Origin: Mytilus californianus
Taxonomy: Eukaryota
Assembly: GCF_021869535.1 (NCBI RefSeq)
Contig: NW_026262659.1
Span: forward strand, 8,432,001 to 8,496,000
Direction of reading: 5' to 3'
DNA length: 64,000 nt
A model generated the notes under the pieces. It did not search any database. It saw nothing but the letters and a program-made list of their open reading frames with translations, and was not told the DNA's origin. This document shows positions 39,464 through 55,000 of this stretch, one piece after another (within the stretch, counting starts at the first letter, position 1; every line of letters begins with the position of its first letter). The translations under genes were made by a program, and so were the position numbers.

Positions 39464-40063
39464 CTACACAAGAGTTTCACTATCTTCTACAACTGTGGAA
39501 TATGTTGGTGGTGGTTGATCTTCAGTATGGCGATAGTCTGTAGAGAAATTGTTTGATTTGTTCTTTTTGTTCCCGTTTTTTTTGACAAACCCACCATCTG
39601 GTCCTGACTTGGGTATCAAATATCCATCCTCTCCTGTATCAGGGGGTGAGGTTCCTGGTACACATGTACTAGAATGTCCACTATCTGTGTCATCGTTTCT
39701 ATGAACGTCTGCTGAAGTATTGATATTTTGTGGGGATTGTTCACGCTTGTTTGCTTTACGTAATATAACATTGTCACTATCATCTTTTCCTGTCAATGGT
39801 TCAAGTTCAACATCACTAGATTTCTCCTTACGCCATTGTTTTTGGTTGAGGTATCGACTTCTGTCAGTTTCATCATCCTCTACAACAAACTTAATCTGAT
39901 CAGTCGGAGGGGGTGGAGCTTGCTCCATTTTTGTATAGTCTGAGGTTTCACCATTCATTTTCAGATAGCCATCATATCCACACGCTCCTTTGCCTGAATT
40001 TTCTTCTGCCTTGTCTGAATCCAGCATTTTAAAGTAATTTGATGAATTTAAATCCAAGTAATA
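39464..40063 (-). CDS. Gene 2 terminal exon M, 199 aa tail ending [16 protein letters not shown]
   Basis: cag|tat acceptor, open frame to TAG at 39466-39464. Confidence 0.94.
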   Translation of the reverse strand, partial: YYLDLNSSNYFKMLDSDKAEENSGKGACGYDGYLKMNGETSDYTKMEQAPPPPTDQIKFVVEDDETDRSRYLNQKQWRKEKSSDVELEPLTGKDDSDNVILRKANKREQSPQNINTSADVHRNDDTDSGHSSTCVPGTSPPDTGEDGYLIPKSGPDGGFVKKNGNKKNKSNNFSTDYRHTEDQPPPTYSTVVEDSETLV

Positions 40064-43000
40064 CTGAAAATATAAATTCAGACAGGATTTAACTTCATAT
40101 TTTTTTCAAATGTATCTTAGGTGATTAAAATCAATATCTGTAAATACAAAAGTAAACAGAGAGATGTATAGAGGAGAGAGAGGTCTAGAAAGCCATGAGA
40201 GAAAACCAATTTCGAAAATTAATTATTTATTTTCCTTTAATTCAACTGACAATTTTATTATACATCAATTTAATACAGATTGAATATGAGAAAGATGCTC
40301 ATTAGATAATGTTAAATATAAGTACTAACAGTAAAGAAATTAAAAACTATTTAAATAAATAAAAATCAAAAGAAGAATAATAAAAATTAGGATAATAATT
40401 AAAATCTTCCCTGCTCCCTTCAACTTGAAACAAAGAGAAATGTAGTTTTTCTAAAGTTGAAGAAGTATTTAGAATATGGTTTTCTGAAGATGTAAACATT
40501 TATTCTGTATTATATCATATATTTGGTCAATTTCCGAATGGTTTTTGGATCAAAACATATAAAATGTAACAAACTAAATAATTTACAACAGTATTTGTCT
40601 AGATGAACAATGCTGCTCACATAAATATGTATTTGATTTTTACAATGATATATCTTGTCATTTGAATCCTTCCTATTTATTTCTTTTTTGTCTTATACAA
40701 ATCTAATTTCATTTTATGCATGTGAATACCATCACAGTTGTCTCAGTTTGTGTCTCAAATTGTCATTTATAGTTACACAACTATATTTTTCTACTAGTCA
40801 CTCAATACCATACAAATATCTAGTACGGTTGCAGATTTAAGGAAAAAATTTAAAATGAAAAAGAAATTATAATTTATCACTTAAGGTTGAATGAGGCTAT
40901 TCTATCTATGATTTTCTTTATATACATGTAACTAAAGGAATCTAAGCAAATTTTTATTTATGTGTGTTGGATGCATATTTTCCCCTTTTTGGGCTCATTA
41001 TTCTTCTGTGAGCTGAACAATTCATCAGTCTGCAGTTATTATCATAAAGATTATTGATTTTGGTCAATGTTGGTCTGCCTCCTATTTTCAGTTAGCATAA
41101 AGAAAAAGGTACAATCTAAGGCCAAAGTGTTAATCTACTTGCTGCCAACAAATAGTTAAGGAGGATGCGTGTGCTCTCTTTCTTATTTAGCCGTAATGTT
41201 TATGAAATTATCATATGTTTTGCTAAAATTTGGTAAATCACCATTTTGATGTCCCAAGTTTATATTGACAAGCTTATGCGAAATATTAAGCATTAAATTA
41301 AAGTATTTAGCCACAAAAGCATGTAAGCAAAATAAGCACACACTCTACCGAATGACTAATTGATAATAATCATATTCAATACTTTATATGCTAATAAATA
41401 ATTATCGTATTAAATACCTTATAAGCTTAATTAGGCATAATAAAAGAATGATTGTTGACTTTATTATACTGCATATGTAGAAACAGAAGCATAAAATGTA
41501 CAACTTAAAATAACCCTCCACTCAATCAGCTAAAAAAACAGAAATTAATTATGATGTCAAATGAAATATTTGAGAAGAGGCACTGAGGATGATACAGTGT
41601 GAAGTAATCATGATCCTGAAATGTTTTTTCAGTGATATCAGAATTATCTATCTATTGGTGGTGGGAATTCAAACTCCACTGATCTTTTATTTTGTTTTGA
41701 ATTTCTAAGTCAAGTTTTCCTTTTCCTACTTCAAATTTCTTTTGGAGACTAGAGGCTTTGTTCACAAAATGATAATCCTGCCTGAACATACAGCAATAAC
41801 AATGTTATAGTCTAAAAGAATTTTATAAAGGAGTTCTGTATTTATCATTCATTCAGACATCAAAATATACCCCTGACTCTGGTAAATAAATATATAGATT
41901 CTACCACTGCATCAAATGTGATAGGATATTTATCCATTCGAGACATTTAAATTTTCAAATTTAAAAGGCGAGGTTTTCAGAGCTTTTTAAATATTTAAAA
42001 TTTAACTGTAGAGAGTGGATAAATATCGTATTGTACGAGATTTGGTGGTGGAATCTGTTTCTCTCATGATTTTAAGACAATATATACAGACACTCTTAAC
42101 CCTTCTTAACCTTTCATCTTCGAATGATCTGCAAAAAGATGTGTTCCTTCTTTGTGACGTCATCAGTATGGTCAACCTTTTTTCGTGACGTCACAAAAGG
42201 AAATTCAATAGAGTTTTGACCAATAATGAATTGAGATTAAACGAACCACACGGTGATTAGATAAAAATAATCAACAGGTCAGGAAACGGATAAATCGGGT
42301 AAGAATTAGAGAAAGAGTTTTATATTTACAAAAACAGGAAACATTATAAGAATGAAATGAAAAGAAGGATGGTATAATGATTATAAATACTGAGAATGAT
42401 AAATAAAATAATATATGAAGTGATAATGAAATGAAAGAGAGTCAAAACATTATTGACTATGATAACAAGTAAGGCAGATATAAAATCTTGTGTTTTCTCT
42501 TTTTTTATTAAAAGATTGAAAATTTCTAAACATTTCAGTGTTTCAACAATATTTACAAAAATACCATTCTAATGCTATTACATAAGCACTTCATAGAAAA
42601 TAAAAGATTTTATATTACAGCCTATATATGCAGTATAATAAATCTTATATAGACCATCTACCAATGTATTCTCTGAACTCACCGAACCCCTCTGTTATGA
42701 AAAGAAATAATTTAGTTTTTATTTGCTTTACCAAATAGACTACATGTTACAAAAATATTCCTATATTCTCATACCTGTGCATTGTTTTACATTTAATTCC
42801 CTACTATGTTCATCAATTTATATGATCATCCTCAGTCTAGAAACAACTCATAATCATTTAGACAAAAAATTAAATAAAATAAAAACATGTCTGACTTTTT
42901 CAACATATTTGATAAGTTCACTTGGTTGAGAATGTAGGAGTTTTTTTCTTGAAGCATTTTTTTTTCACTGAACCGTGAGTCACATTTTTTAAGCTGCAGA

Positions 43001-46000
43001 AACTTAGTAATTTAATGAAATAAGCTTAAAAATCATTAACTTTTAAAATATAATTTCTTCTTCATTTATAATAAAAAAAAACCTTGAAAATAAGAATCAT
43101 TTACAATAACAATTAATAAAAAAAAAAATAATAACTGAATAAATTATTTTACAACAAATAAAGAAATAGCTAATTACTTAGCAGACACCAACTTAATGTA
43201 ACCTTATTAAAATACAGATCTTGTGTCAACACTTTTTTTCAAAGGATCAGACAATGCTTCCTTCTACTTTCTGGTTTTGTCTGATTAATACACACCTTCA
43301 AAAATTCAAAGATTGAAATTTCATTGGCTGATGGAATAATTGCTTGAACAGAAAGTACAATGGAATGTTGTCAGATCCTTGTTAGAAAAGTGTGGACACA
43401 GGATCTGTATTTTAATCAGATTGAAACTTAATGATAACAAATATAAAAAGCACATTTAAAAAAAAATAAACAAAATTATCACACTTTATGTCTGTAAAAT
43501 CTAAAACATAATTTAAAGAATGTGTGATGTTATGAAGTATACCTGCTTAACATTAGCTTCTAAGAAATCTCCCATTAGACAGGCTAACTGTGTAAAAGTC
43601 GGTCTTTCATCTGGTTCCGTTCGCCACGTTGCTTTCATCACTTTATACCTGCATAACAAAATAATGGAGACTTAAACCGAACAAAAATGATTAAACAATG
43701 TCAACAAATCAAATATTATCATGATTATAGATAAAAGACACAATTACAATGAGTCTCTAACAACCATGTCTTAAACTGATTAGAACCAACTTAGGAGTTT
43801 GTAAAGGTTCATCTATTCACCAGGCCTGCCAAGTTCATTTCACTTTGGTCTCTGGTTTAATAGAAGATGAAACAATGTTATTTTCAATATTTTGATGGGA
43901 TCAATGTGCTATAAATGTGTCATGTTTGGAAATTTTGTGGACAGTTACTTAAGTATCAATCCTGTTCAGTTTCAAAACAATTCCCCTTGTAGTTGTAGAG
44001 AAGAATTTTCAAAATGATCCAAAAAGGAATCAAAGATTGCTTCTTATCACCAACTTTTACATCTGAATGGGACAAGATGAGGTTCACTCATTCAAGACCT
44101 TCCGTACATCATTCCTGTCAATTTTAATTAAAATTTGGGCAAAGTATTTTAAAATGGTTACAAACAATGGACTCTGAGTGATGGCAAAACCCCTCTTGGC
44201 CTTTCAGGAAAAGTGAGCTAAACACAGTTGTTAACAGAAGGAACATACATATAACTGGTATAAGATAAGGTAAGACTGAGCCAAGTTTTTGTCCCTTGAA
44301 TTTGCAACAAGTATGATTTGTCTATTAAATAGCATCCTTCAGCTGTTCATGAGCCATTCATAGTCTGTCAGTCTGTCAGATATCAAAGTTTATAATTTGT
44401 ATTTTGGCCTGCACATTTGCATTGGTGCTTCAAAATAATTGCTTTCAACAAAAAACTGCAAATTAGAATAATTCTTAGCTTTTATCTGTATTCAAATTTG
44501 AGCAAAAAGATAATTTGCAACAAGATGTCTTATACAATGATGTTAATGTAGGTAAAAAAATGTTTTTGAGTAAGGCCTAAAATGACATTCTATAATTCTG
44601 GTGCATCTGAAATACTTTTCTTGATTTACCTTCATCAGGAAGCCAAGAATGTTAAATTAATTGAAAACATGAGGAGCTTATGACCAAAGAGGACCTAAAA
44701 AGAATAGTCAAATCCATCTAGGGACAGCTGTGTTTGATAACTTTGTAACATGGCTCTTTTTAGTCAAATATATCAATATCATTTTTTTATAATGTCAAAG
44801 TGACATCTCATCTGACATTTCTGTACCTGATTTACCAGATTAAAACATCTTATTGATTTATTATTAAAACTAACATAATTTTGAAATGATTGAAGAATCT
44901 GATAATTTTTTTAAATTTGAGGTACAAAACAATGCTTTCTTTTAGTAAATTGTCAATTTGGGTAACTTATTGAGTGATGGTTAAAAAAGAGAATATTACA
45001 TACAGACTAACAATAACTTACATTTCATCTGATGAATGTTCTGGTTTCTCCATAAAGTATCCATCCTTCAGCAGGTTGATAAACTTTTCGTTGATTTCAA
45101 TGCCCGGGTAAGGTGTACCACCTATCAAATAATCAATCATATACTATAACTAATACAATTTGTCAGATCAGAATCTGAAGGTCTATGGGTAGTTTTATAC
45201 ATACATACCCTACATGAAAAAAGAATCTCTATGATGATTTTAATAAATTATCATATTTACTTGTCCACTTTTGATAATAATACCCAGAATGCTTTAGATT
45301 CGACAAAGGCGAATTTATCAACATAAAACAGTTGAATCATGACATTTTTGAGGTAATGGATGAGTATATATATAATTAAATTTGGTTTGTTTGGAGATTA
45401 GGGATAGTGTTTGCAGGAGGATATCATACTTTTCATATTTTACATATTGGACTGCAATCAATAGATTAAGTTAGTACCAGGAGTAGTAGTTGTGAATATT
45501 AAATACAATTGAATTTTTAATCCGCAATCATCAAATTATCAATTTCCAGTATCTCTTTTGATATATTGAATCTGTGTTTTAGACTCTATAGTTTTTCACT
45601 TAAAGATTGAAGATGTGATGAGGAATAAAATGACAAATAACAATGAAAGTTTTCTATACATTAAAGAATTTGTGTTCCTATAGCATAAAATACTTGTTAA
45701 ATAAATGAAGAATGTGTCCATGAGACACAGATACCCTCGCTTGAAAATATACGGCAAATTATGCAATTTTTCAATTTACAAAAGGACATAACCCAAGAAC
45801 AGCAAAAGTGACGCCACCAAAATTCAAACTTGATCTGTGTTTGATAGTAATAAGCATCGTGTTTCTCGTTTCTTGGTTCTTATATAGATTAGACTGTTGG
45901 TTTTCCTGTTTGAATGGTTTTACACTAGTTATTTTTGGGGCCCTTTATAGCTTGCTGTTCGGTGTGTTGAAGACCGTACTTGACCTATAGTTGTTTACTT

Positions 46001-49000
46001 TTTACACATTGTGACTTAGATGGATAGCTGTCTCATTGGCTCTCATACCACATCTTCTTATTTCTATGTATAAGTTTAAAATATTTGATTGAGGCAAACA
46101 AAAGTTAGAGTGCAGAAATGACAAATTTAGCAATTTTTTCCTTTACAAAGGGACATAAGTCGAGAACGGTGAAATTGATGGCACCCAAATTCAAACTTGA
46201 TCTGTGTTTAGTGGTAATAAGCATTGTGTATAAGTTTTATAACATTTGGTAGAGGCAAACTTAAGTTAGAGATCAGAAACTAATTTTGGGATGGACAGAT
46301 GTACGGACAGACAGATGTTCAGACAGACAATGGTAAAATTTAATGCCCCCCCCCCCCCAATACCACGGAGGGGGCATAAAAATCTTTGTGAATCAACTTT
46401 TTCATGAAGTTCTGTGACAATACCTGTTAACAATTCCAAATTATATGTTAAATCTAATTTCATTGGTGAGTGTCGAGGAAACCCAAAAATTGATACATGT
46501 ATGAATCTGTTTCATCACATCACATGTTCCTACACAGGCTGCAAGTGTCCTTGAAATATTTGATCTCTGAATTTTTTTGTGCATTTTATTAGAAGTATAA
46601 GTTATATAGGTTATTGTTACAAAGTTTATTGATGAGACAGCTCAACCTTGACTCACAAACTTAACATAAATTCCTTTTGATATAAATCAGTTTGAGTCAG
46701 AGTAGGCTAAGTTGACACATCAATACATTCCTTCAAAATAACCTTTATTCATTTATTTTAAACGTATATTGCATATACCTTGAGGGCTTGATTGCATACA
46801 ATAGTTTTAAACAAACATCAATGCAATACAATTAGAATGAAATAAACAAATGTGTAATGCATGTACATAGACAGGATGTGAACTATACATTTAACAAGTC
46901 CTTTTTCCACAGTACTTTAGACTTTTTAATAACTGGAGGACAGACTGCTTAACTTCAGTGATAGATAATATTTTTAATAATCTATCTTTTATGTCTAAAT
47001 TATTTCGATCTGGGATCTGATTATAAACAATTTTTTTTTTCAAATTCTAGATGTAGAGTTTTAAATATGAAACAGGTGAAAAAGAAGTGGGATTGATCTA
47101 ATTATTCTTTTAAACCACAATATTGGCAAGTCCTATTTTCTCATTTAATCTTTTATAGCTGCCCTTTTCAGTTTCCAAAAATGGATCACTAATTTACATT
47201 TTACAGATATTACTTCTCTTTATAAAAGTTTTGTATTTTAATGATGTAAAGGGAAGACAACTCTCATACATGAAAAAGAAACATTGAACAATTACCATGT
47301 GATTAGCATGTGACTTACCTAAAGAAAATAATTCCCATATAAACACACCATATGACCATCTGAAAGAAAATTCAAATTTAATTATATTTTCAAGTAATGT
47401 GAGTACGACATGCTGCTTTGAAGCTCAGATAAAAATATAAATTTATTCGTAAAAAATCAAATTAGATTGCTTTAGTATCAAAGGTATATCATAATTATTG
47501 TACTAAAAATATGCACATACACCAAGATTTTGCAGATTATTTTGAAGATATCAATTAAAGGCAAACATAACACACAAATCAAATCAATTTTCCTAGTGAA
47601 TTAATGTCAGATTGTATGTTTTCTTTTATTCTAAATTTTCATTGGCTACATTCCACATGAACTAAAATCAGCCAACCAGAAAGGGACCATGTGACAAACT
47701 GGTGAGCACAAGGGAATAGTGTTTGCAATCATTTATAATTGTGTCTATACTGTTTTTAAAATAAAATTGTAGCAGATACACATTTCTTACAACTCCTAAA
47801 ATTTCAATAAAGCTTCATAAAACCAGAATGTGGAGTTGAGGCGACAACTTTCTTTCTTTTATAAATCAATTATGCTCAACTTTAGCATGTACTATTTGGG
47901 TAAGCTTTGAATCAGTCTAAATAGCCATGTAAACTGAATGTGCTAGTTAGTATTAGCTTAATACATTTTTTAACCTTATTATGCCCCCCCCATAGGCGAG
48001 GGTTGCATTAAGTGTTATCTTTGACAGTTTGTCTTTCCGTCCTTCCATCTTTCCGTCCGTACGTCCCTTTTTTGTTGCAAAGTTTGAGCTGGGGCATACG
48101 TGTCCTCAGACACATTCTTCTTTTATTTCGTATATTTTTCCCTGCCAAAAATGACAGATTTATGTAAGGAATGTCAAGCTCAGGTGCAGGTCCAGGATTT
48201 TGAAAAAAGGTGGCCTCTAACAAGACAAAGTAAGGTGTGGGACTTGTCAAAAGTCTATGCTTAATAAAAAATGTAGCTCCATAAGGGGGCCTTAACAACA
48301 TCTCCAGGTTGGTATATACACAGCAGTAATTCAATCTTACTTACACATCACTTTTAGTTGTGTAGACTTGATGTGTTAGAGATTCTATTGCCATCCACTT
48401 CACTGGTACTGGACCCTAAAATGTATACAAAAATTTTGCCATAAACTCATTAAAGATTTCTTATTTTTTTTTTTTAAAAACATCTGGAACATTATTTTAC
48501 AAGAGCATTTTTCTAAGAAATAAAGAATTAATTTTGATATTTAACACAAACTTGTCCTTAACATCATTTGAATACAATTCAGATTGTTTTTCTTGAAGTT
48601 CAAAATGTTGTTTAAAAAGATTTATTATTGCTGTCAAAATTTCTCTTTTAAAGATATGAAAATATAATGAGATCATTGGATTTGTTTCTACAGTCAAAAT
48701 CATTTATGCTTGAGTGACACATGATAAAACATTAAAAATGTATAAATTTGCAGCGTAACAACGTAACCATAATTTTGTTTTTTTTATGCCTTTTTTTCTT
48801 CTAATCTACATATGGACAGTAATTAATTTATACTGAAAAAGAAACAAAACAACAAAGAATAATTAAAATAAAGATATAGTGCATAGGGGATTAATAATCT
48901 GCCCTTTAAACTTACATCTCCCTTTTTATGATACTCAGGATTTGTATAGCAGTCTTTAGCCAGACCAAAATCACAGATCTTCACAACATTATCTTGTGCT

Positions 49001-52000
49001 AACAGAACATTCCTAGCTGCTAAATCTCTGTGAATGTACTGAAATGAAAGAAAACCAAGCAATGATTAATCTGCCTGTTGCTAATTTTGGGTTAAATGTA
49101 ATAACAATTTTGTTAAATATTTTTTTTCCCTATTGAAGATAAATTTTCTTTAAATCTATCAAACTTTTTTTCTTCTTTGGATCTTATAATTTTGATTCAA
49201 GGTTAACTAATATGTAATATCCTAATTCCCAAAATCCCAATATATGTTTGATAAGATCTTCCACATTATCTATACCTTTTTAGAAGCCAAGTATTCCATT
49301 CCTCTAGCAACCTGGAAAGCCCAACAAATGAGATTTTTGGTGGTCAGAAGTGGACCATCTGTATCAGCAGAGTCCTCTAAAGGAGCTTTATTAACATAAT
49401 AGGGTGTTTTAGCAGAATCTCTAACTGCCTCACGCCTCTTCATCTCAACAGGATCAACGTAATCTTCCATGGTGTCCTTAAATGTCTCTTTATACTTAAT
49501 GAGGTAGTTACGGAGATTTCCAAAATGGCAGTATTCAACAATCACCATTAATTCACCTAAAAATTGAGAAATAAAGAATACATGTTATTTCAAATTCCAT
49601 GAAGGTTTGACAGGTTTATTTATGTCTAAAACAACCTCAATCTCAAATAAAACTTAAATGGTGACCCTAATGTTTGGTAGAATCCATGACAAATCGCCCC
49701 ACTGGCAAATCGCCCCACACCTAATCGCCCCACTTTTTCACCAACTCGCCCCACTTTCCAAAAAATCGCCCCACTCTTGTTTACCAACTCGCCCCACTTA
49801 TGAAAAAGGATAAAATCCCATTGAAAATAGGTTGGATAACTTGCCCAACTTATGAAAAGGGTTAAAATCCCGCTGAAATAAGGTATGCTAACTCGCCCCA
49901 CTCATGACAAATAGATAAAGCACGATGAATTCAGTAATGCCAACTCGCCCCACTTATGAAAAAAGATGCAATCCCGTTGTATATCTATGTTCCTGCCCCA
50001 CTTATAAATAAAATCAATACCTATAAAAACCTTAGATAAACATGAGTATGCATAACAATAACATTTTAAACAAACATACATTAAATCAATTATGACAAGG
50101 ACTGGCATGATAACATAAAACGAAGTACTACATAAAATGTCAGCACTAGAAACATGAACATGAATACACATATATGGCATACAATAGATTGTCATTAGAT
50201 AGTTCAGTAGCTGTCTGCTTCCACGACTGGACCGTTGACACGACAACACTGGCGTAAGAGTCTGGTTGTAGATATGCTGCCTTCAATACAGCACAAGGAT
50301 ACACAGTAGACATAGTAAATGCATGACAAAGGCTACTTTACTTTTTATAATTTTGAAACCAAGCCATAAATTTCTCAATTTTTATTGTTTTCAAACCATA
50401 AACAAAACTTACCAATCAATTTTTCAACAACAACAAAACCTGCTTTGACTAGAATGCATGAATGGACATTCTCTTTGATATTTACTTGAAAGTAACATTT
50501 GCCTTTCACTGATTGCTCGTTAGTGTTTAATTATTCTTAATTCAAAGAAAAAAGTAACCAATCCGTTTAGTGCTATAAAACAAATTGAAATCCTTCAATT
50601 GTTATGATAAAATATCGGATTATGATACAATTAACAGGTTTCTTTTCAATTGTTATGCAAATAACTAAGCTTACAAGAATAAAGTTATTCTCCAATAATA
50701 CGAAAATTATATGATAATGAATAATGTATTTACAACTATATTTTGAGAAAGTGAAACATCATTTAATTTCATAATAATCTAATAAATTTGTGTTTTTATG
50801 TATTCTGTGTAGACAAGTTTTCATTTAAGTGGGGCGAGTTGGCAGGAGAAAAATTAACGGGATTTAACCCTTTTCACAAGTGGGGCGATTTTTTAAAAAG
50901 TGGGGCGAGTTGGTAAACCAGTTTGGGGCGATTTTTTTAAAAGTGGGGCGAGTTAGTGAAAAAGTGGGGCGATTTGGTGTGGGGCGATTTGCCAGTGGGG
51001 TGATTTGTCCTGCTTCCGTTTGATCTATCATCCCTAGATATGTCTCATCGTTTCTAGGAAAGCTGCTGGTGAGACAAAAAATTATAAGATTTTTATATAT
51101 GTCTATAAATGTTTTATCTAAATGGTGATGTCTGATTGATAATGAGAGTCTCTAAGGAGCCCATATTGTTTACCTGGCATTTTTACAAAAAAATGAACCA
51201 GATGCAACAAGAAAATTTATGTAACATGGAACTGTTGGGGCTAAAACCTTGTCTCACTGACCATTTTTGCTGGACAGCTTTTATTCTATTCATTAAAATT
51301 TTCAATATTTGATAATAGGCAAAAACAGGTAAAAATTGTCATTTAGAGGCAACAACTCCTGTAAGGGGTCCAATGACTATTACAATCATATTGACTAACT
51401 TGTAGATCTTGGTTTGATGATAATTTTTGCTGTTTTGCTGTTTAAAGTTTCAGTCTATCTATTATAGTGTTTAAGATGTTCGGTAAAAACACTAGAATTA
51501 GTAGCAAATCATCATTTAACAGTAAGGCACTTTGTTGGCAAAGTGGTCCAAGTAGTTCATCTGTACAGTCATCACTTGCCTGTCAACTCTGCAGTTTCAA
51601 GTTGGAAAACCTGCTTGTGGCAATTAAGGTGTGTTTGACTCCAATCTTTTTGTACTAAGATAGCATGTGTTCGATCTGAGTTCAGATTACTCTCGAGACA
51701 AACAAACAATCAATCAATCAATCATTTAAGAGCAATAACTGCTTAAGATAGTCAATAGAAGATCTTGGACATGTTGACTTACTTGATAATCTAGGGTTCA
51801 GAAATGGAAAGGCCAAAATCAATGTAAGTATCAATTTTCGCTACTTAAAGATCTTAAACTCAACAACGATTAAAGTAAAAATTGTGAAAATTAATCTCTA
51901 CATTCATTTAGTCAGAGGAAACAACTTATCTAAATTTGAAAAGATTTCGTCAAAGCATTTTCAAGTAATTGCACAGACACTGTTTTGCAGCCGCCCGCCT

Positions 52001-55000
52001 GGCTGCTCACTGTACATCACCAAATTAATAACCGATATTTTCCTTTTGAAATCCAGTTAAAAATTGCCATTTCAGGATTATATTTCTTATCAGGAGTCAT
52101 CTGGCAATTTCATCCTTGTTGACTTATTTGTAGATCTTCCCCTTTTTTTATGAATAAAACCCTGTAACTCGGAAACCTAAAATCTAAAATATATAAAAAT
52201 CGAAAGGGAACTTATTCATGTCAATAGATATAAACAATTCACCACAATTTTTTGCAAGTTGGTGAAAGCATTCTTGAGTTATTGTCCGAAAACTGTAAAA
52301 TCCCCCTTTTTTAATGAATAAAACCCCATAACTCGGAAACGTATAATCTTAAATTTCTAAAAATCGAAAGGGAGCTCATGTCAATAGATATAAACAATTC
52401 ACCACAATTTTTGGCAAGTTGGTGAAAGCATTCTTGAGTTATTGTCCGAAAACTGGAAAATCCCCCTTTTTTAATGAATAAAACCCCATAACTCGGAAAC
52501 GTATAATCTTAAATTTCTAAAAATCGAAAGGGAGCTCATGTCAATAGATATAAACAATTCACCACAATTTTTTGCAAGTTGGTGAAAGCATTCTTGAGTT
52601 ATTGTCCGAAAACTGGAAAATCCCCCTTTTTTTAATGAATAAAACCCCACAACTCGGAAACATAAAATCTAAAATTTATAAAAAACAAAAGGGAGCTCAA
52701 GTCAATAGATATAAACAATTCACCAAAGTTTTATGCAAATTGGTTAAAGCGTTTTTGAGTTAATATCCGACATGTTGACGAAGGACGGACAGACGGACAG
52801 AGGTATACCATAATACGTCCCGTAAACGGGCGTATAAAAAGGAGATTTTGGTATTTCCATGAGATAGCAACCTAATGACACAAAGAAAACAATAGTGATA
52901 CATGTAATATATTACACTTACCATATCTGATTTCCTTGGTCACGGCACCCAATAAATTTACAATATTGAGATGCTGACCGAGATGAATCAGTATCTTCAG
53001 CTCTGACAGTAAAGCCATCATCTGCTCTTTATCTGTGCAATCTTATAACATGAAAAGAAACAAAAAATTCAAAAGTCATGAGTTAACCCAAAAAGTGTTT
53101 TTTCGTTTATACTATAAACTCACTATTCACTATTCAAATCATTCAGAAGTTTAGTTAATATTTTGCAACTATAAACTTTGATTCACATAGAAGAATTCCT
53201 GTACCATTCTGAATTTAATTTTGGTTTATTCATTTATAATTTTAAGTTGGTACGTTTGAATGTTTGTTTGCTATTCTATGGTAAAGAAGACTAGGTAAAA
53301 AAGTACATTTCTTTTCATGAGGTTTAGAATTGTACTTAACTAATCATTTTTCATGTTTACAGTTTTTTCTTGGGACTTAAAAAACACATTTTAAAGGTAG
53401 AATATTTGTTTTGGATGGTACTGTACAAATGGAATATGTTTTCCTAATGACACATAAATGATTATTGTGTTACACTTCAAATGGCTTACCTTTAACCATT
53501 TTTACAGCAACTGTAGAGACATCTTCACAATCCTGTATACCAATAGCCTCTGCTTTAATGACACGACCAAAGGCCCCCTGACCTAATACCATACCTAAAA
53601 TAATGCAATGAAAGCTTTCCTTAATATGGGTCAGTACTTCATAAACCAACACCAAATGTAAACTAGAGGCTCTCAAGAGCCTGTGTCGCTCACCTGACTC
53701 TACTTTGGTTTTAGAAATCATGTAAAGATAGATAAAAATCATAACAGATACCCAAATAATGATTGAGGCCAAATTTTGATTAATATTGGTCCCGTTATTT
53801 AATAAAATATCCTGGTGGCCATCTTGAACAGTAAATCGGCAACAAAGTAGCAACACTTGGTCAGCACTTCATGAGGAACATTCATGCCATGTTTGGTTTC
53901 ATTCCATTCAGTGGTACTCTAAAAGAAGACATTTGTATGTATTTCCCATAGGGTCCTATGTTAAACTAAGCCCCCCCCCTTCCCCTAGCGGCCATCTTGG
54001 ATGATGGATCGACTGCAAAGTAACAACACTTGGTCAGCAACTCATAAGGAACATTCATGCCATGTTTGGTTCAATTCCATTCAGTGGTTCTCTAAAAGAA
54101 GACAATTGTACGTATTTCCCATAGGGTCCTATGTTCAACTAAGTCCCCCGCTGTCGGCCATCTTGGATGATGGATCGGCTGCAAAGTAACAACACTTGGT
54201 CAACATCTCATAAGAAACATTCATGCCATGTTTGGTTCCATTCCATTTATTGGTTCTCTAAAAGAAGACATTTGTATGTATTTCCCATAGGTTCTTTGTT
54301 AAACTAAGTCCCCTGCTGTTGGCCATCTTGGATGATGGACCGACTGCAAAGTAACAACACTTGGTCAGCACCTCATAAGGAACATTCATGCCATGTTTGG
54401 TTTCATTCCATTCAGTGGTTCTCTAAAAGAAGACATTTGTATGTATTTCCCATAGGGTCCTATGTTAAACTAAGTCCCCCGCTGGCGGCCATCTTGGATG
54501 ATGGATCGGCAACAAAGTAACAACACTTGGTCAGAACCTCATAAGGAACATTCATGCCATGTTTGGTTCAATTCCATTCAGTGGTTCTCTAAAAGAAGAC
54601 AATTGTATGTATTTCCCATAGGGTCCTATGTTCAACTAAGTCCCCCGCTGTCGGCCATCTTGGATGATGGATCGGCTGCAAAGTAACAACACTTGGTCAA
54701 CATCTCATAAGAAACATTCATGCCATGTTTGGTTCCATTCCATTTATTGGTTCTCTAAAAGAAGACATTTGTATGTATTTCCCATAGGTTCTTTGTTAAA
54801 CTAAGTCCCCTGCTGTCGGCCATCTTGGATGATGGACCGACTGCAAAGTAACAACACTTGGTCAGCACCTCATAAGGAACATTCATGCCATGTTTGATTT
54901 CATTCCATTCAGTGGTTCTCTAAAAGAAGACATTTGTATGTATTTCCCATAGGGTCCTATGTTAAACTAAGTCCCCCGCTGGCGGCCATCTTGGATGATG

